Shown here: positions 36,778 through 46,406 of the stretch, piece by piece
Numbering within the stretch: the stretch's first letter is position 1
Layout of the letters: each line of letters starts with the position of its first letter
From: a virus
Taxonomy: Duplodnaviria > Caudoviricetes
Direction: 5' to 3' (one strand)
IMG/VR virus record: IMGVR_UViG_3300020112_000604
Span: 119,721 to 183,720 of that record
DNA: 64,000 nt
Made by a program: the position numbers and the translations under genes
The notes under the pieces: generated by a model
Told to the model about the DNA's origin: nothing
What the model saw: only the letters and a program-made list of their open reading frames with translations
Databases searched by the model: none

Positions 36778-36803
36778 ATAATATATAAGTGAAAAGCTGA
36801 CTA
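36778..36803 (-). promoter_or_regulatory. Early-type promoter
   Basis: GTCAGCTTTTCACTTATATATTAT. Confidence 0.7.
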
Positions 36804-36811
36804 AAATAAGA

Positions 36812-36835
36812 CGGGAGTACCGTTAAGTACTCCCG
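36812..36835 (-). terminator. Intrinsic terminator
   Basis: CGGGAGTAC/GTACTCCCG. Confidence 0.75.
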
Positions 36836-36848
36836 CAAAAGGTTGTTA

Positions 36849-37631
36849 TTAGAATGGTGATTCGTCGTCAAAATCTCCTAAGAGAGCTGATACGTCGTCG
36901 ATTTCTTCTGGTGCTGAACTTGCACGTCCGCTGTTGCTGCCGCCGCTTGGGTTCATGTTGAAGAATGATGCGTTAGACTTGGATGCTTTACCGCCTGAAG
37001 AAACTCCGAGTTTGCTTGCGATATTGTTGAGTGTTTCATATGTGTGCTTTGAACTGCTGAAGTACATAGCATCAACAACTGAGTATGCTGTAGCTGAGCA
37101 TGAAGCCTTGTAGAATTCATAGAGATTTGTCTGAAGCATTCTGAGTTCAAATGCTGCATCCATGTCCTCGGTGCTGAATGTGTTTGTGTCAAGATCGAAG
37201 TTTGTAACACCCTTATAGAATCCTGTTGAGAATTCGTATGTAACGATTCCTTCGATTCCGGATGGTGAAGCGTTGCCGATTACGAGAAGATAAGCATCGC
37301 CCTTCTTTGTGATAGTGATGAGTCTTGTATCGTTTGATACTGTTACGCCGTATGATGAGAAGTCACCGTTGATAAGCTTGTCAATACCGTCAGCAAGGAG
37401 CTTTGCCTTTGCCGGTGTAACGAAAGCGTAGTTGCCGTTCTTGTCGTCATACTTAACGAAGTTCTGTGAATTGTTTTCATCCTTTGGCTGGATGTGGAGC
37501 TTCATAAGACCTTTCCAGTATGTGATAGCAATTCTGGATGCACCTGAAGCTGCTGCAGGATTTGCGAATGAGTAACCGCCGTATACGGTTGGTCTGTAGT
37601 CCTTTTCTGTGTTGTTTGAATTAAAAGCCAT
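36849..37631 (-). CDS. Putative single-stranded DNA-binding protein (start moved to 37631)
   Basis: Gly/Ser-rich linker; acidic tail DFDDESPF; biased codon usage. Confidence 0.55.
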   Translation of the reverse strand: MAFNSNNTEKDYRPTVYGGYSFANPAAASGASRIAITYWKGLMKLHIQPKDENNSQNFVKYDDKNGNYAFVTPAKAKLLADGIDKLINGDFSSYGVTVSNDTRLITITKKGDAYLLVIGNASPSGIEGIVTYEFSTGFYKGVTNFDLDTNTFSTEDMDAAFELRMLQTNLYEFYKASCSATAYSVVDAMYFSSSKHTYETLNNIASKLGVSSGGKASKSNASFFNMNPSGGSNSGRASSAPEEIDDVSALLGDFDDESPF

Positions 37632-37696
37632 AGTAATGTACCTCCTAAGATTTTTCATATATGATTAAAAAGATTCGATTACATAATCTATGTAAT

Positions 37697-37721
37697 TACT
37701 TTATAGTTTACACTGGTGTAA
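37697..37721 (-). promoter_or_regulatory. Promoter TTACACC-N6-AACT-N6-TA
   Basis: TTACACC AGTGTA AACT ATAAAG TA. Confidence 0.6.
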
Positions 37722-37726
37722 ATTTT

Positions 37727-37738
37727 AACTTTTATATA
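37727..37738 (+). promoter_or_regulatory. Late-type promoter for terminase
   Basis: AACTTTTATATA. Confidence 0.6.
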
Positions 37739-37755
37739 AATTGGAGGTGGGCATT

Positions 37756-39963
37756 ATGATGCAATTGCAGACACAGATGGCCGTTGACCCTCGGTTCGCA
37801 CAATGCGCTACCTGGACAGCGGACTATTCTACTAGAAATAAATCTTTCCTAGCTATGCACTTCTACTTAAAGAAGAAGGGTCTGAAGAACAACAACTTCA
37901 TGCTTATGCTTTTTGACCAGGGACTGATCGGAGTAGATCCGTTTGATCCGAATCTTTCCCCGCAGTTTAAAGCTAGAATCCTTATAGAGGTTCAGCGTAA
38001 CTTCTGGTACTTTATACGAGAAGTAGTTAGAATGATCAGCGCCGGTGGTGCGCCGTGTTCATTCCGTCTTGACCCAGCCAATATGGCTATGTCATACTTA
38101 TTACAGTATTCAATCAATGTATACGAAGAGATCCCTCGTCAGTGCGGTAAAACACTTCTCGTTGCTGCTTGGTATCTATGGATTTATAACTTCCGTTCAC
38201 GTTCATCGAATATAGTATTCCTGAACAAGAAGATGGAAACGACAAAGGAAAACTTGGAACGTCTTAAGACTCTGAGAGACAACCTTCCAGACTATCTTAA
38301 GATGGATGCGGTATACGACGCTCAGGGTAAGCCATTAAAGGCTGCCAGCACCGTAGAATATATCAAGAATCCTATCAATAAGAATATGATTAAGTGTTTA
38401 CCATCAGCTACATCTGATGGTGCAGCTTCAAACCTGCTTAGAGGTAAATCTCTTTCAGGTCTGTGGATCGATGAAGCGGCCTTCATTCCACATCTTAGAA
38501 CTATTCTTATCAACGGTATGCCGGCCTTACGTACATCTATGGACCAGTGTGCTATGAACGGTGCACCACACGGTATCATATACACATCGACACCGGGTTC
38601 TCTTAAGGACGAAAACGCTGCATACTTCAACGACTTACGTCTTAGTATGACACCATTCCAGGAAGCATGGTATGAACTTCCAGCAGAAGAGCTCTTCAAT
38701 ATCATCAAATGCAATACGAAGAGTTCATTCGTTTACGTTAAGTTTGAATACCAGCAGCTCGGTAAATCTGAACAGTGGTTCAAGGATAACTGTAAGGAAA
38801 TGTCTTATGACTATGCAGGTATCCGTCGTGAAATTCTGCTTATGTGGGAAGCTGCTTCGGATAACTGTCCATTCAGCAAGGAACAGCTCGATATCGTTCA
38901 GCAGTATACAAGAACTCCTACTAAACAGATGCTCGTATTTAACCGATATGCTATCAACTGTTACAAGGAATTCAAGTCTCAGTTTGAATTATACAACTCA
39001 CAGTTCGTAGTAGGTTGTGACGTTGCTGCAGGTACACAGCGAGATGCTTCTACAATGGTAGTACTTGATGCAAGAACAAGTGAACTCGTACTTGAATTCA
39101 ACTGTAACTACATCAGCACCATAGAGTTTGCTAAGGTTATCATAGAAGTCGTCTCGCATTGGCTTCCTATGGAACGAACGTTGGTTACTGTCGAACGAAA
39201 CGGCGTCGGGCATGGTGTATTGGCGAAACTTATTAACTCGCCGATTAAACGATGTCTATACTATGAAATCAAAGAAAAGGTTGTTGAAGAACGTGGTGAT
39301 GCTGGAAGAATGCGTAAGTTCTCTGAAATGGTTAAGTCATATGGTCTATACAACGTTAACGAAGTTCGTTACGACTTAATGGACTTACTTGCTAACAGAA
39401 TCGAAAACTATCCGCATCTTATCACTTCTAAGATAATGCTGGACGAAATTCGCGGACTTGAACGTAAGAAGGGTGACAGAATAGAGCACTCTAACGTATC
39501 ACACGACGATACATTATTCGGATATCTCTTAGCGTTATATCCTCTCTACTATGGTAAGAAGGTTGCTGAACGTTGGCACTTACCACCGGCTAGATTTAAG
39601 ACCCTCGACCCAGAAGGCGAAGATATGATGCTTGATGATGAAGAGACCGCAACAGAGCGGTTCTGTGTTGCTCAAAAACTTGCCGAGGACGCAACTCTCG
39701 ATAAGTTCGAGCATCTTAATCTCAAAGAATCAATCGAATACGTTAAGGGTCCTAAGAGTATGTCAATCGCCGAATACACCGCTCAGCAGCGAGCAGCTGA
39801 TGAAGAAGATATTCGTCGTCAAGTTTCTACTAAGCTTGGACGACAAGCTTATCAGAATACATATCATATATCAGACGATTGTATGACTGCGCAGTATGGC
39901 GATGTAAACAATCAGTGCATTCCTATGGACATATTCACCGACTTCTATAAGTATAACGACTAA
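37756..39963 (+). CDS. terL: Terminase large subunit
   Basis: Walker A PRQCGKT, Walker B LWIDEAAF, STP, nuclease GCDVA...ERNG...HDD; GGAGGTG SD supports ATG 37756. Confidence 0.92.
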   Translation: MMQLQTQMAVDPRFAQCATWTADYSTRNKSFLAMHFYLKKKGLKNNNFMLMLFDQGLIGVDPFDPNLSPQFKARILIEVQRNFWYFIREVVRMISAGGAPCSFRLDPANMAMSYLLQYSINVYEEIPRQCGKTLLVAAWYLWIYNFRSRSSNIVFLNKKMETTKENLERLKTLRDNLPDYLKMDAVYDAQGKPLKAASTVEYIKNPINKNMIKCLPSATSDGAASNLLRGKSLSGLWIDEAAFIPHLRTILINGMPALRTSMDQCAMNGAPHGIIYTSTPGSLKDENAAYFNDLRLSMTPFQEAWYELPAEELFNIIKCNTKSSFVYVKFEYQQLGKSEQWFKDNCKEMSYDYAGIRREILLMWEAASDNCPFSKEQLDIVQQYTRTPTKQMLVFNRYAINCYKEFKSQFELYNSQFVVGCDVAAGTQRDASTMVVLDARTSELVLEFNCNYISTIEFAKVIIEVVSHWLPMERTLVTVERNGVGHGVLAKLINSPIKRCLYYEIKEKVVEERGDAGRMRKFSEMVKSYGLYNVNEVRYDLMDLLANRIENYPHLITSKIMLDEIRGLERKKGDRIEHSNVSHDDTLFGYLLALYPLYYGKKVAERWHLPPARFKTLDPEGEDMMLDDEETATERFCVAQKLAEDATLDKFEHLNLKESIEYVKGPKSMSIAEYTAQQRAADEEDIRRQVSTKLGRQAYQNTYHISDDCMTAQYGDVNNQCIPMDIFTDFYKYND

Positions 39964-39972
39964 AAAAAATAA

Positions 39973-40001
39973 AGTAGGGTAGGCTTGTAGCCTACCCTAC
40001 T
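39973..40001. terminator. Bidirectional terminator, GTAGG/CCTAC family
   Basis: AGTAGGGTAGGCT/AGCCTACCCTACT. Confidence 0.8.
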
Positions 40002-40005
40002 ATTA

Positions 40006-41583
40006 TTAGTCTAACTGTTCGAACACGTGGTCGTCATTAACGATGACATGGTGTTCGCAAATCCTGATGATTTCTGGACGGTGGGTGATTACAAGTAAAG
40101 TATTCTTGCAATTCTTATCCAGAAGATTTACAGCAATCTTTTCCGTTGCATCATCGAGGTTTGATGTAGGCTCATCGAGAATGATGAGACAATCATCGTC
40201 GCATTCGCGCATCTTAAGGATTGTACGAACTATATTTATCCTCTGCTTCTGTCCAGACGATACTTTGCTGCCTCTTTCGCCCATTATGGTGTCGAGACCA
40301 TTGTCAAGTTCGTAATGAACCCAGTTTCCAAGACCGAGTTCTTCAAGAAGCTCTTCAATCTCTTCGTCAGAGTGTTCAACGCCAAGGTTAATGTTTTCTC
40401 TGAGTGAAGTGTCAAGAAGTTCTGATTCCTGATATACATAGAATGTCTTAACCGGATTGAAATCGGATGCTTCTACTGTACCCACAATAGCATTTGCTAA
40501 TGTCGACTTACCTAAACCAGATGAGCCAGTAATTACGGTTCTTGAACCATAATTAAAGTCAAGCTTAGGAGCCTTGAAGATTGTCTTAGTTCCATCTTCC
40601 TTTGTATAACCAAAGTGGAAGTTTCTAAGATGTAACCCCTTCTTTATAGACTTCTTAACTTTTGTATCTTTGTCCTTGAGACATTCGAGATGCTCAAGAT
40701 TTTCATTGAGAGTAGCAACTATATCTACCGAGTCGAGTATGAAGTTTACACTACCCATGAATGATGACACTGATGTAAGTAAGATTGTACCAAGTTCAAG
40801 TCTGTTTTCTTTTGGTATCATCATTACTCCGAAGAGTGTCGGAATTAAGAATACGAGATATGAAATCTGGTATCCTATGTGTCGACAAAGCTTTGATGAA
40901 TACGGCATATAACCGTCCTGAACTTCGTTAAGCTTCTTAGCGGCATAAGCTTCCTTACCGAGGAATCTAAGAGTCTTGCTATTGAGGAATAAGTCTACCT
41001 TGGTGCCTCTGATAGCAGCTCCTCTTTTGCTGCATTCCGTGTATCTTATCTGACCGCATAAAATGCCAATTGCAGACGATAATATGATTGCTGCTATAGG
41101 GATCGTCATGATGACTCCGCAGTGAGCTTTAATCATCTTATACAGCACCGCTAAAAATGGAGAAAATACTGAAGGAAGCTTGATGGCATTAACCACGATG
41201 TCCTTCTTGGACTGTGACACGGCTTCTATATATGACGTAATCGTGCCCGAGTTCATGCCAGTAAGCTTAGCTGAATAATATTCCTGCATCATTTTGCGGT
41301 CAATACTATTCTGGTACTTAAGGCCGAAAGTTCTTGTCCAGTTGTGTGAAAATGATGCAACCAGGCATAGAACGATTTCAATTGCAATTTCCACTGCAAT
41401 CCATTTGAATAAACTGTCCGAGTTTAACGAGCATATGAGTTTAGCAAATGCCATAGTCACACACACGCCAAGGAGTGTTTCCATGAGTCTTGCAATACCC
41501 ACCAATGTGCCTTGTCTTCCGAGAGATAATGCTCCGAACCATCTACTCTCTTTGGTTGTGTGATTAATCTTAAATGTTTTCAT
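40006..41583 (-). CDS. ABC exporter (fused TMD plus NBD), start moved to 41583
   Basis: About six TM helices; GSSGLGKST, SSGQKQR, ILDEPT and ITHR motifs. Confidence 0.92.
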   Translation of the reverse strand: MKTFKINHTTKESRWFGALSLGRQGTLVGIARLMETLLGVCVTMAFAKLICSLNSDSLFKWIAVEIAIEIVLCLVASFSHNWTRTFGLKYQNSIDRKMMQEYYSAKLTGMNSGTITSYIEAVSQSKKDIVVNAIKLPSVFSPFLAVLYKMIKAHCGVIMTIPIAAIILSSAIGILCGQIRYTECSKRGAAIRGTKVDLFLNSKTLRFLGKEAYAAKKLNEVQDGYMPYSSKLCRHIGYQISYLVFLIPTLFGVMMIPKENRLELGTILLTSVSSFMGSVNFILDSVDIVATLNENLEHLECLKDKDTKVKKSIKKGLHLRNFHFGYTKEDGTKTIFKAPKLDFNYGSRTVITGSSGLGKSTLANAIVGTVEASDFNPVKTFYVYQESELLDTSLRENINLGVEHSDEEIEELLEELGLGNWVHYELDNGLDTIMGERGSKVSSGQKQRINIVRTILKMRECDDDCLIILDEPTSNLDDATEKIAVNLLDKNCKNTLLVITHRPEIIRICEHHVIVNDDHVFEQLD

Positions 41584-41586
41584 ATT

Positions 41587-41660
41587 GTACCTCCTAGTAC
41601 TAGTGCCTTGCATCATAGGCTATTGTAATGTATAAGGACGATGCATTCTTTGCCCTTATC
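41587..41660 (-). promoter_or_regulatory. Structured 5' leader (kissing-loop motif), copy 2
   Basis: GATAAGGGC AAAGAA TGCATC GTCCTTAT...GCCT ATGATGCA AGGC...GTACT AGGA GGTAC. Confidence 0.65.
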
Positions 41661-41666
41661 AATATA

Positions 41667-41692
41667 ATAATATATAAATTGAGATCTAGAGT
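41667..41692 (-). promoter_or_regulatory. Early-type promoter
   Basis: TCTCAATTTATATATTAT. Confidence 0.65.
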
Positions 41693-41700
41693 TTCTCGGC

Positions 41701-41736
41701 AAAAAATAAAGCGAGGTAGGCATTGAGCCTACCTCG
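41701..41736 (-). terminator. Intrinsic terminator, GTAGG/CCTAC family
   Basis: CGAGGTAGGC/GCCTACCTCG plus T-run. Confidence 0.8.
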
Positions 41737-41743
41737 AATTACT

Positions 41744-42871
41744 TTAGTTAGCGTTAAGTATACCCATGAAGTCGACAGGTGTATCTCTGAATACCTTGTC
41801 GTTCAGGTCTTTCAAGCCTTTGTTATCTTTAAGTACTACGTTCCACGACAGATCCTTGGATTCTGGGGTGAATAGGTAAGTATTGTAAAGATGATTAGTG
41901 TCAAGTACCCAGTTGTTTACGAGACTCTGATATACATTGAGTATCTCCGAGTCTGTAAGCTTAGATGGAAATTCCAGTATTCGGCTTTCGACTTCTGTTA
42001 TTGTTACTGAACCGAGAATCTTATGAGCAGATATATTGTGAAGTACTGCATCAATAGCTTCTCTTGGAGAATGAGACTTACAGAGGTCAGTCTGTTTTGG
42101 TGGACAAAGAGCAGCAACCAGATTCCATAAAGTGTATGGAATTGCTGATGCGTCAAATGCCATCTTCTGTGACATATCATTCATGGCATTTCCGTCAACC
42201 AACAAGCTCGAAATTGCGTTGGCTGCGTTGATGCAGTATGATGAGTCATCACCCTTAGATTTCTTAGGTCTGAATATAACGGTGTTGGATATCGTTGGCA
42301 ACTGATACGAAAAGATGTCTTTGGTTATAACGATATTAGGGATGTCTTCAGCTTCGAATCTCTTGATGTTGTTGTATGTGATAAGATGCGGTTCCGCTGT
42401 ACCACATATGGTCTTAACGTTAGGCAGATACATCGATACCATCTTGAGAAGTTTGATATTGGAATCGATGATTGCCTTATTGCCAGCGTTCTTTGTGGCG
42501 TAGATTCTTTCGTTTCTTCTGCCATAGATATTGCGTCCCTTGGTGTGGGATACTGGCTTAGATAAGTCACTCCATATCAAGTAAAACATTGGTTCCACAT
42601 TGTATGGATAACTTCTGAAGAATGTCGCATAGTGAGCAACCATGTTAAGGATACCCACTGCGAAATCATAATGTGACATCATAGTTACATTGCTTACGCA
42701 AGCTTCCATGATATTCACCAAGTCAATATAGATATTGACGTTGTTCTTTGAGGCGTTTGCACCAGAACCTAAACCGATGTTCACGAGTTCTGGCAGTTTG
42801 TTCTTACGGATATAATACCCGTAAATAATTCCTTCCATTGGCTGCATAGTTGCGGCTGGATTTCTACCCAT
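41744..42871 (-). CDS. Possible RNase H / 5'-3' flap nuclease (PIN-like)
   Basis: NIYIDL...EPH...VITKDIFSYQL resembles degenerate T4 RNase H/FEN motifs. Confidence 0.45.
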   Translation of the reverse strand: MGRNPAATMQPMEGIIYGYYIRKNKLPELVNIGLGSGANASKNNVNIYIDLVNIMEACVSNVTMMSHYDFAVGILNMVAHYATFFRSYPYNVEPMFYLIWSDLSKPVSHTKGRNIYGRRNERIYATKNAGNKAIIDSNIKLLKMVSMYLPNVKTICGTAEPHLITYNNIKRFEAEDIPNIVITKDIFSYQLPTISNTVIFRPKKSKGDDSSYCINAANAISSLLVDGNAMNDMSQKMAFDASAIPYTLWNLVAALCPPKQTDLCKSHSPREAIDAVLHNISAHKILGSVTITEVESRILEFPSKLTDSEILNVYQSLVNNWVLDTNHLYNTYLFTPESKDLSWNVVLKDNKGLKDLNDKVFRDTPVDFMGILNAN

Positions 42872-42894
42872 AAGAATTCACTCCTGTATAGTTA

Positions 42895-43311
42895 TTATTT
42901 TTTGAATGGTGCTAAAGACATGTCAAGATTCGGGTCAATTCCGAACGGGATTTCAAAGTGCTTACCGCCTTCGATGTCAAGTGACCAGAAGTTGTATTCA
43001 GCATTGAATTCAGCGTTAGTGATTTTTCCTGTATCAAGTGTGACATTGTCTAATTTGATTGCACTCACTGGCATGAATGACATACAGTCACCGACCATGA
43101 CTACGATGTAGTCTTTTTCCATGGTGATGCTGTCTACGTCTTCGAGTGAGATACGGCCTGCGGTTTCAGTGCTTGTTGAAAGTGCAGCTTCCATAGCATT
43201 ATGAGATTCGTCTGCTGCAAGTTTGAATCCGATAAGGAATCCTCCGAATCCGATTGCAAGAATTGCGAGAACGCAGAAAAATACGATTGTTAATTTTGAA
43301 AATTTCTTCAT
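42895..43311 (-). CDS. Membrane-anchored hypothetical protein
   Basis: N-terminal TM/signal. Confidence 0.7.
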   Translation of the reverse strand: MKKFSKLTIVFFCVLAILAIGFGGFLIGFKLAADESHNAMEAALSTSTETAGRISLEDVDSITMEKDYIVVMVGDCMSFMPVSAIKLDNVTLDTGKITNAEFNAEYNFWSLDIEGGKHFEIPFGIDPNLDMSLAPFKK

Positions 43312-43330
43312 AGTATTGTCCTCCTTTTAA

Positions 43331-43753
43331 TTAGAACGGTAATTCTTCGTCGTCTTCTTCTTCCTGTACAAAGGTAGAAGCATCAAAGACTTCATCCATT
43401 TTTACATCGGGATCGTATCTCTTATCATCCGGTCCAAGTACCTTGTTGAGAGCCTGGTCGAAATCCTCACGAGTATCTTTAAGTTCCTGAATGTATTCTG
43501 TTGTTTCACCGAAGCCGGCTCTGATAATGGCCTTAGCAGCTTCCTGTGGTCCTGTAGGTGTCATGAACACGACGCCCTTAGCCATCTGTTCATTTCCTTC
43601 TTTGTTTACTGAGTAACGTCTGAGTTCAATACTTGGCTTCTCTGAGTCATTGTAATAAACTTCTCTTAAAGCTGTGAACTGAGAGCCTTTCTCTTCTACG
43701 AATTCGTCAATCTTTCCTACTGTGTAGGAAAATTCTCCACTGTTTTTAAACAT
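43331..43753 (-). CDS. YdbC/PC4-like ssDNA-binding protein with acidic tail
   Basis: LREVYYN...IELRRY...MAKGV..T pattern; ends DDEELPF. Confidence 0.6.
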   Translation of the reverse strand: MFKNSGEFSYTVGKIDEFVEEKGSQFTALREVYYNDSEKPSIELRRYSVNKEGNEQMAKGVVFMTPTGPQEAAKAIIRAGFGETTEYIQELKDTREDFDQALNKVLGPDDKRYDPDVKMDEVFDASTFVQEEEDDEELPF

Positions 43754-43770
43754 AGTAATTTCTCCTTATC

Positions 43771-43801
43771 AAAAAATATAGGGCACTCCGAAGAGTGCCC
43801 T
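43771..43801 (-). terminator. Intrinsic terminator
   Basis: GGGCACTC TTCG GAGTGCCC plus T-run. Confidence 0.8.
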
Positions 43802-43857
43802 TAATGAAGGCGTTTCTTATGAAAGGTCAGGCATCGACTATTTATTTCTCGCCGATT
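43771..43857 (-). ncRNA. Candidate 3'-intergenic sRNA (~85 nt)
   Basis: AACA-TCACGA-TA (43857-43868) followed by ~55 nt and a terminator. Confidence 0.3.
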
Positions 43858-43869
43858 ATCGTGATGTTA

Positions 43870-45027
43870 TCAGAATGCAGGATTGTAGTAAACGCCGCAT
43901 GGACGTCCGTATCTTCCTGTTCCTGTAAGTCTCATGAGTCTGAGTTCTTCCTTGATTGAAACTGTTTCCACTCTGATAACGAATGGAAGCTTGTCTGAGC
44001 TTCTCCATACATTCCAGAATGAATATCCGCCGCCTGCAGATGCAACAACTGATGGGTCAGCCGGTGCAAGATACTGGCACTTGAAGATGTACTTGTCAGG
44101 TGTGATTTCCTTGAGAAGTGACATAAGCTTGCTGATGAAGATAGCGATGTCAATCTTAACTGATACAACGAATGCTCCGTTTGTAAGGCAGTTGTTACCC
44201 TGAGGCTGACCTACATTACAAGCGTTTGTTTCGATGTTTCTCCAGTCAGGTTCCATGCCGTTTGGAGTATTGATGAATACATCCTTGCTGATGAAAGGTG
44301 TGAGAATCTTTCTTGTCAGCTTGTTAAGCTTAAGATTTGCCTTCTGTCTTCCGAGGCTTCTCTGCATTGAAGCGAGTTCGCCGAGTTCAGATGAAGCTGA
44401 AGAATTTGTATCGAGCTCATCTTCGATTGTTACGACGTTCTTGATCTTGCCATCAGTAGCTTCAGCTGCTGACATGCAGAACTGAAGTTCCATTGACACG
44501 AGAGTCTTAAGTTCTGTCTTGCCTGTTCTTGGGTCCGGAACGTGTACGTCGATTGCGTTTACACGTGTGCCGATGAAGTCTGCGAAAATCTGTGAGAATA
44601 ATGAGTTTGAGCATCTTTCGATTTCGACTGATGTAACGTTACCTGCTACACTGTGAATCGGAATAAGTTCGCGGTCATTGTCATCGATTTCGATTTCAGC
44701 CTTGGAATCATCCTTTTCTTCCTTAGCTTCTTCTTTCTTGTCTTCCTTCTTTTCAGCCGCTTTCTTCTTGTCGTCTGCCTTGATACCGAAGATATCCTGA
44801 CATTCGTCCTTTACCTTTTCGACAGCTGAAGGTGAAATCTTCTTGAGAAGATTCTTGATGTCGACCTGTTCGAGGTCTTCTGATTTTGTTTCTGACTGCA
44901 CGTAATCAAGTGATCCACGTGCTGTTGCTGCAGCATAGGCTCTGTCAAAGTTTTCCTGCTGCTGACATGCGTCAAAGAATGCTGTGCTGTTGTTTACTGG
45001 TGCTCCGTAAAATCCGTTGTTCATCAT
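43870..45027 (-). CDS. Hypothetical early protein
   Basis: 385 aa; strong SD; biased codon usage. Confidence 0.75.
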   Translation of the reverse strand: MMNNGFYGAPVNNSTAFFDACQQQENFDRAYAAATARGSLDYVQSETKSEDLEQVDIKNLLKKISPSAVEKVKDECQDIFGIKADDKKKAAEKKEDKKEEAKEEKDDSKAEIEIDDNDRELIPIHSVAGNVTSVEIERCSNSLFSQIFADFIGTRVNAIDVHVPDPRTGKTELKTLVSMELQFCMSAAEATDGKIKNVVTIEDELDTNSSASSELGELASMQRSLGRQKANLKLNKLTRKILTPFISKDVFINTPNGMEPDWRNIETNACNVGQPQGNNCLTNGAFVVSVKIDIAIFISKLMSLLKEITPDKYIFKCQYLAPADPSVVASAGGGYSFWNVWRSSDKLPFVIRVETVSIKEELRLMRLTGTGRYGRPCGVYYNPAF

Positions 45028-45089
45028 GATCGATGTCCTCCTTAAAATTATAAAACTTTGGTGATATAATTATCACCTCTTACACACTA

Positions 45090-45115
45090 ATAATATACAA
45101 CTGAAATTTTGACTC
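45090..45115 (-). promoter_or_regulatory. Early-type promoter
   Basis: GTCAAAATTTCAGTTGTATATTAT. Confidence 0.7.
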
Positions 45116-45130
45116 TAGTTTTATATTAGG

Positions 45131-46093
45131 TCAAACTCCGGCGTATGTGAATGATGAGTCTTCAGACTTTCTTTCCTTAGGATTCTTTCGTCCTATAGAT
45201 TTGTAAAGGAAGTCCAATTCGTCTTGGGTTTCTTTGTCTCCGTTTACGTAGTTTACTTTGTACTGTTCGTAACCGGATGTATATGGTACTACATAAATCT
45301 CACCTCTATCTCCAAGTCGTACCAAGAAGTATTCTTTCTTCTGAATCTTTTCAGGGATGATAGTGATATCTAACTTAACACCGTAAGCTGAGATTACTGT
45401 ATTAGTTATAAACTTCTCTATCTCTCTGTAAAATCTTACAGACTTTGGCCCGCCTTTCTCATAAAGAGCTTTTGTTACCGGGTCAATTCTTGTATCATAA
45501 AGCTGAATCGCATCCATGTCTTTGTCAATAGCAGTGAGTATCAAATCGATGAACTCATGTATCTTGACTGGCACGTCTGGTTCAGTCTTTATAGGGAATT
45601 TAGGATGACGCTTTGCTGTATTACATTCATGAGCATGTAATATGTCGTAGCGTATCGGTGTCTTCCAAAGAAGACGTCTGATTGTTTCGAATGTCTCCCA
45701 TGGATACAGTTTCATTTCGAATACAGTATCTCCAGGATTCAAATCTTCTATAGCATCTTCATCTAAGAAGTCTGCTACATAGAATGGTTCAAACAATCCT
45801 TTGTTTGTGTCGACTACCGGAGCCATTGCTACAATGTATCCATTGTGCTCTTCTCCAAAGTCGTCTGCTTTACTTCCTATATAGATTACTCTGAGAGTAT
45901 ACTTAGGAATAATACAACTCAGTTCACTATTGGAAGCTAAGTCTGAATCAAGTATATGGCCTACAACATCTGTTTCCATATTCATCAGATATACTGTAGG
46001 ATTCTTTTCGTTTGATAAAGTAATATGTCTATATACTGATATCTCGTTCTGAGATTCAGACTTATAGAATACTTCTCCAAATTTGGTTCTCAT
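45131..46093 (-). CDS. Hypothetical protein
   Basis: 320 aa; AAAGGA SD. Confidence 0.7.
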   Translation of the reverse strand: MRTKFGEVFYKSESQNEISVYRHITLSNEKNPTVYLMNMETDVVGHILDSDLASNSELSCIIPKYTLRVIYIGSKADDFGEEHNGYIVAMAPVVDTNKGLFEPFYVADFLDEDAIEDLNPGDTVFEMKLYPWETFETIRRLLWKTPIRYDILHAHECNTAKRHPKFPIKTEPDVPVKIHEFIDLILTAIDKDMDAIQLYDTRIDPVTKALYEKGGPKSVRFYREIEKFITNTVISAYGVKLDITIIPEKIQKKEYFLVRLGDRGEIYVVPYTSGYEQYKVNYVNGDKETQDELDFLYKSIGRKNPKERKSEDSSFTYAGV

Positions 46094-46120
46094 AGAAGAA
46101 TCATTCCTTTCTTTGTTTTG

Positions 46121-46145
46121 TATTTAAACGTTCCTTTATGTGTAA
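46121..46145 (-). promoter_or_regulatory. Promoter TTACACA-N6-AACG-N6-TA
   Basis: TTACACA TAAAGG AACG TTTAAA TA. Confidence 0.55.
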
Positions 46146-46250
46146 GTATGTACAGATTGACCTCTGTTCTCTTATAATATAAGGAAATATGTAAATAGAA
46201 GACGTAGCCTTAGCGTAGTCTTCTATGGGTATATCCAATCTCGGATGAAA

Positions 46251-46282
46251 TAAAAGCCCCGTAGGCAACCAAAGGCCTACGG
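46251..46282 (-). terminator. Terminator, GTAGG/CCTAC family
   Basis: CCGTAGGC/GCCTACGG then GGCTTTT on the minus strand. Confidence 0.65.
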
Positions 46283-46406
46283 ATAAATTTGGAGTTTTGG
46301 AATCATTTCGTTTTATACAGAAATCATAAGACCAGTTAGCTTAGTGTGACTTACACTAAGGTGTAGTCACACATAGACTAATTCTAGTCTTATTTTCGTA
46401 TAAATT
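46251..46406 (-). ncRNA. Candidate structured ncRNA (~155 nt; long rod hairpin plus terminator)
   Basis: Promoter AACA-TTTTCG-TA (46406-46417); nested inverted repeats 46312-46404; terminator 46251-46282; no ORF. Confidence 0.55.

Noticed and set aside
46158-46181. TTGACC...TATAAT sigma-A promoter, or an extra minus-strand TATATTAT early promoter
   Set aside because: Spacer is only 10 nt for sigma-A; the TATATTAT copy lacks the correctly spaced upstream TTTCAnTT.
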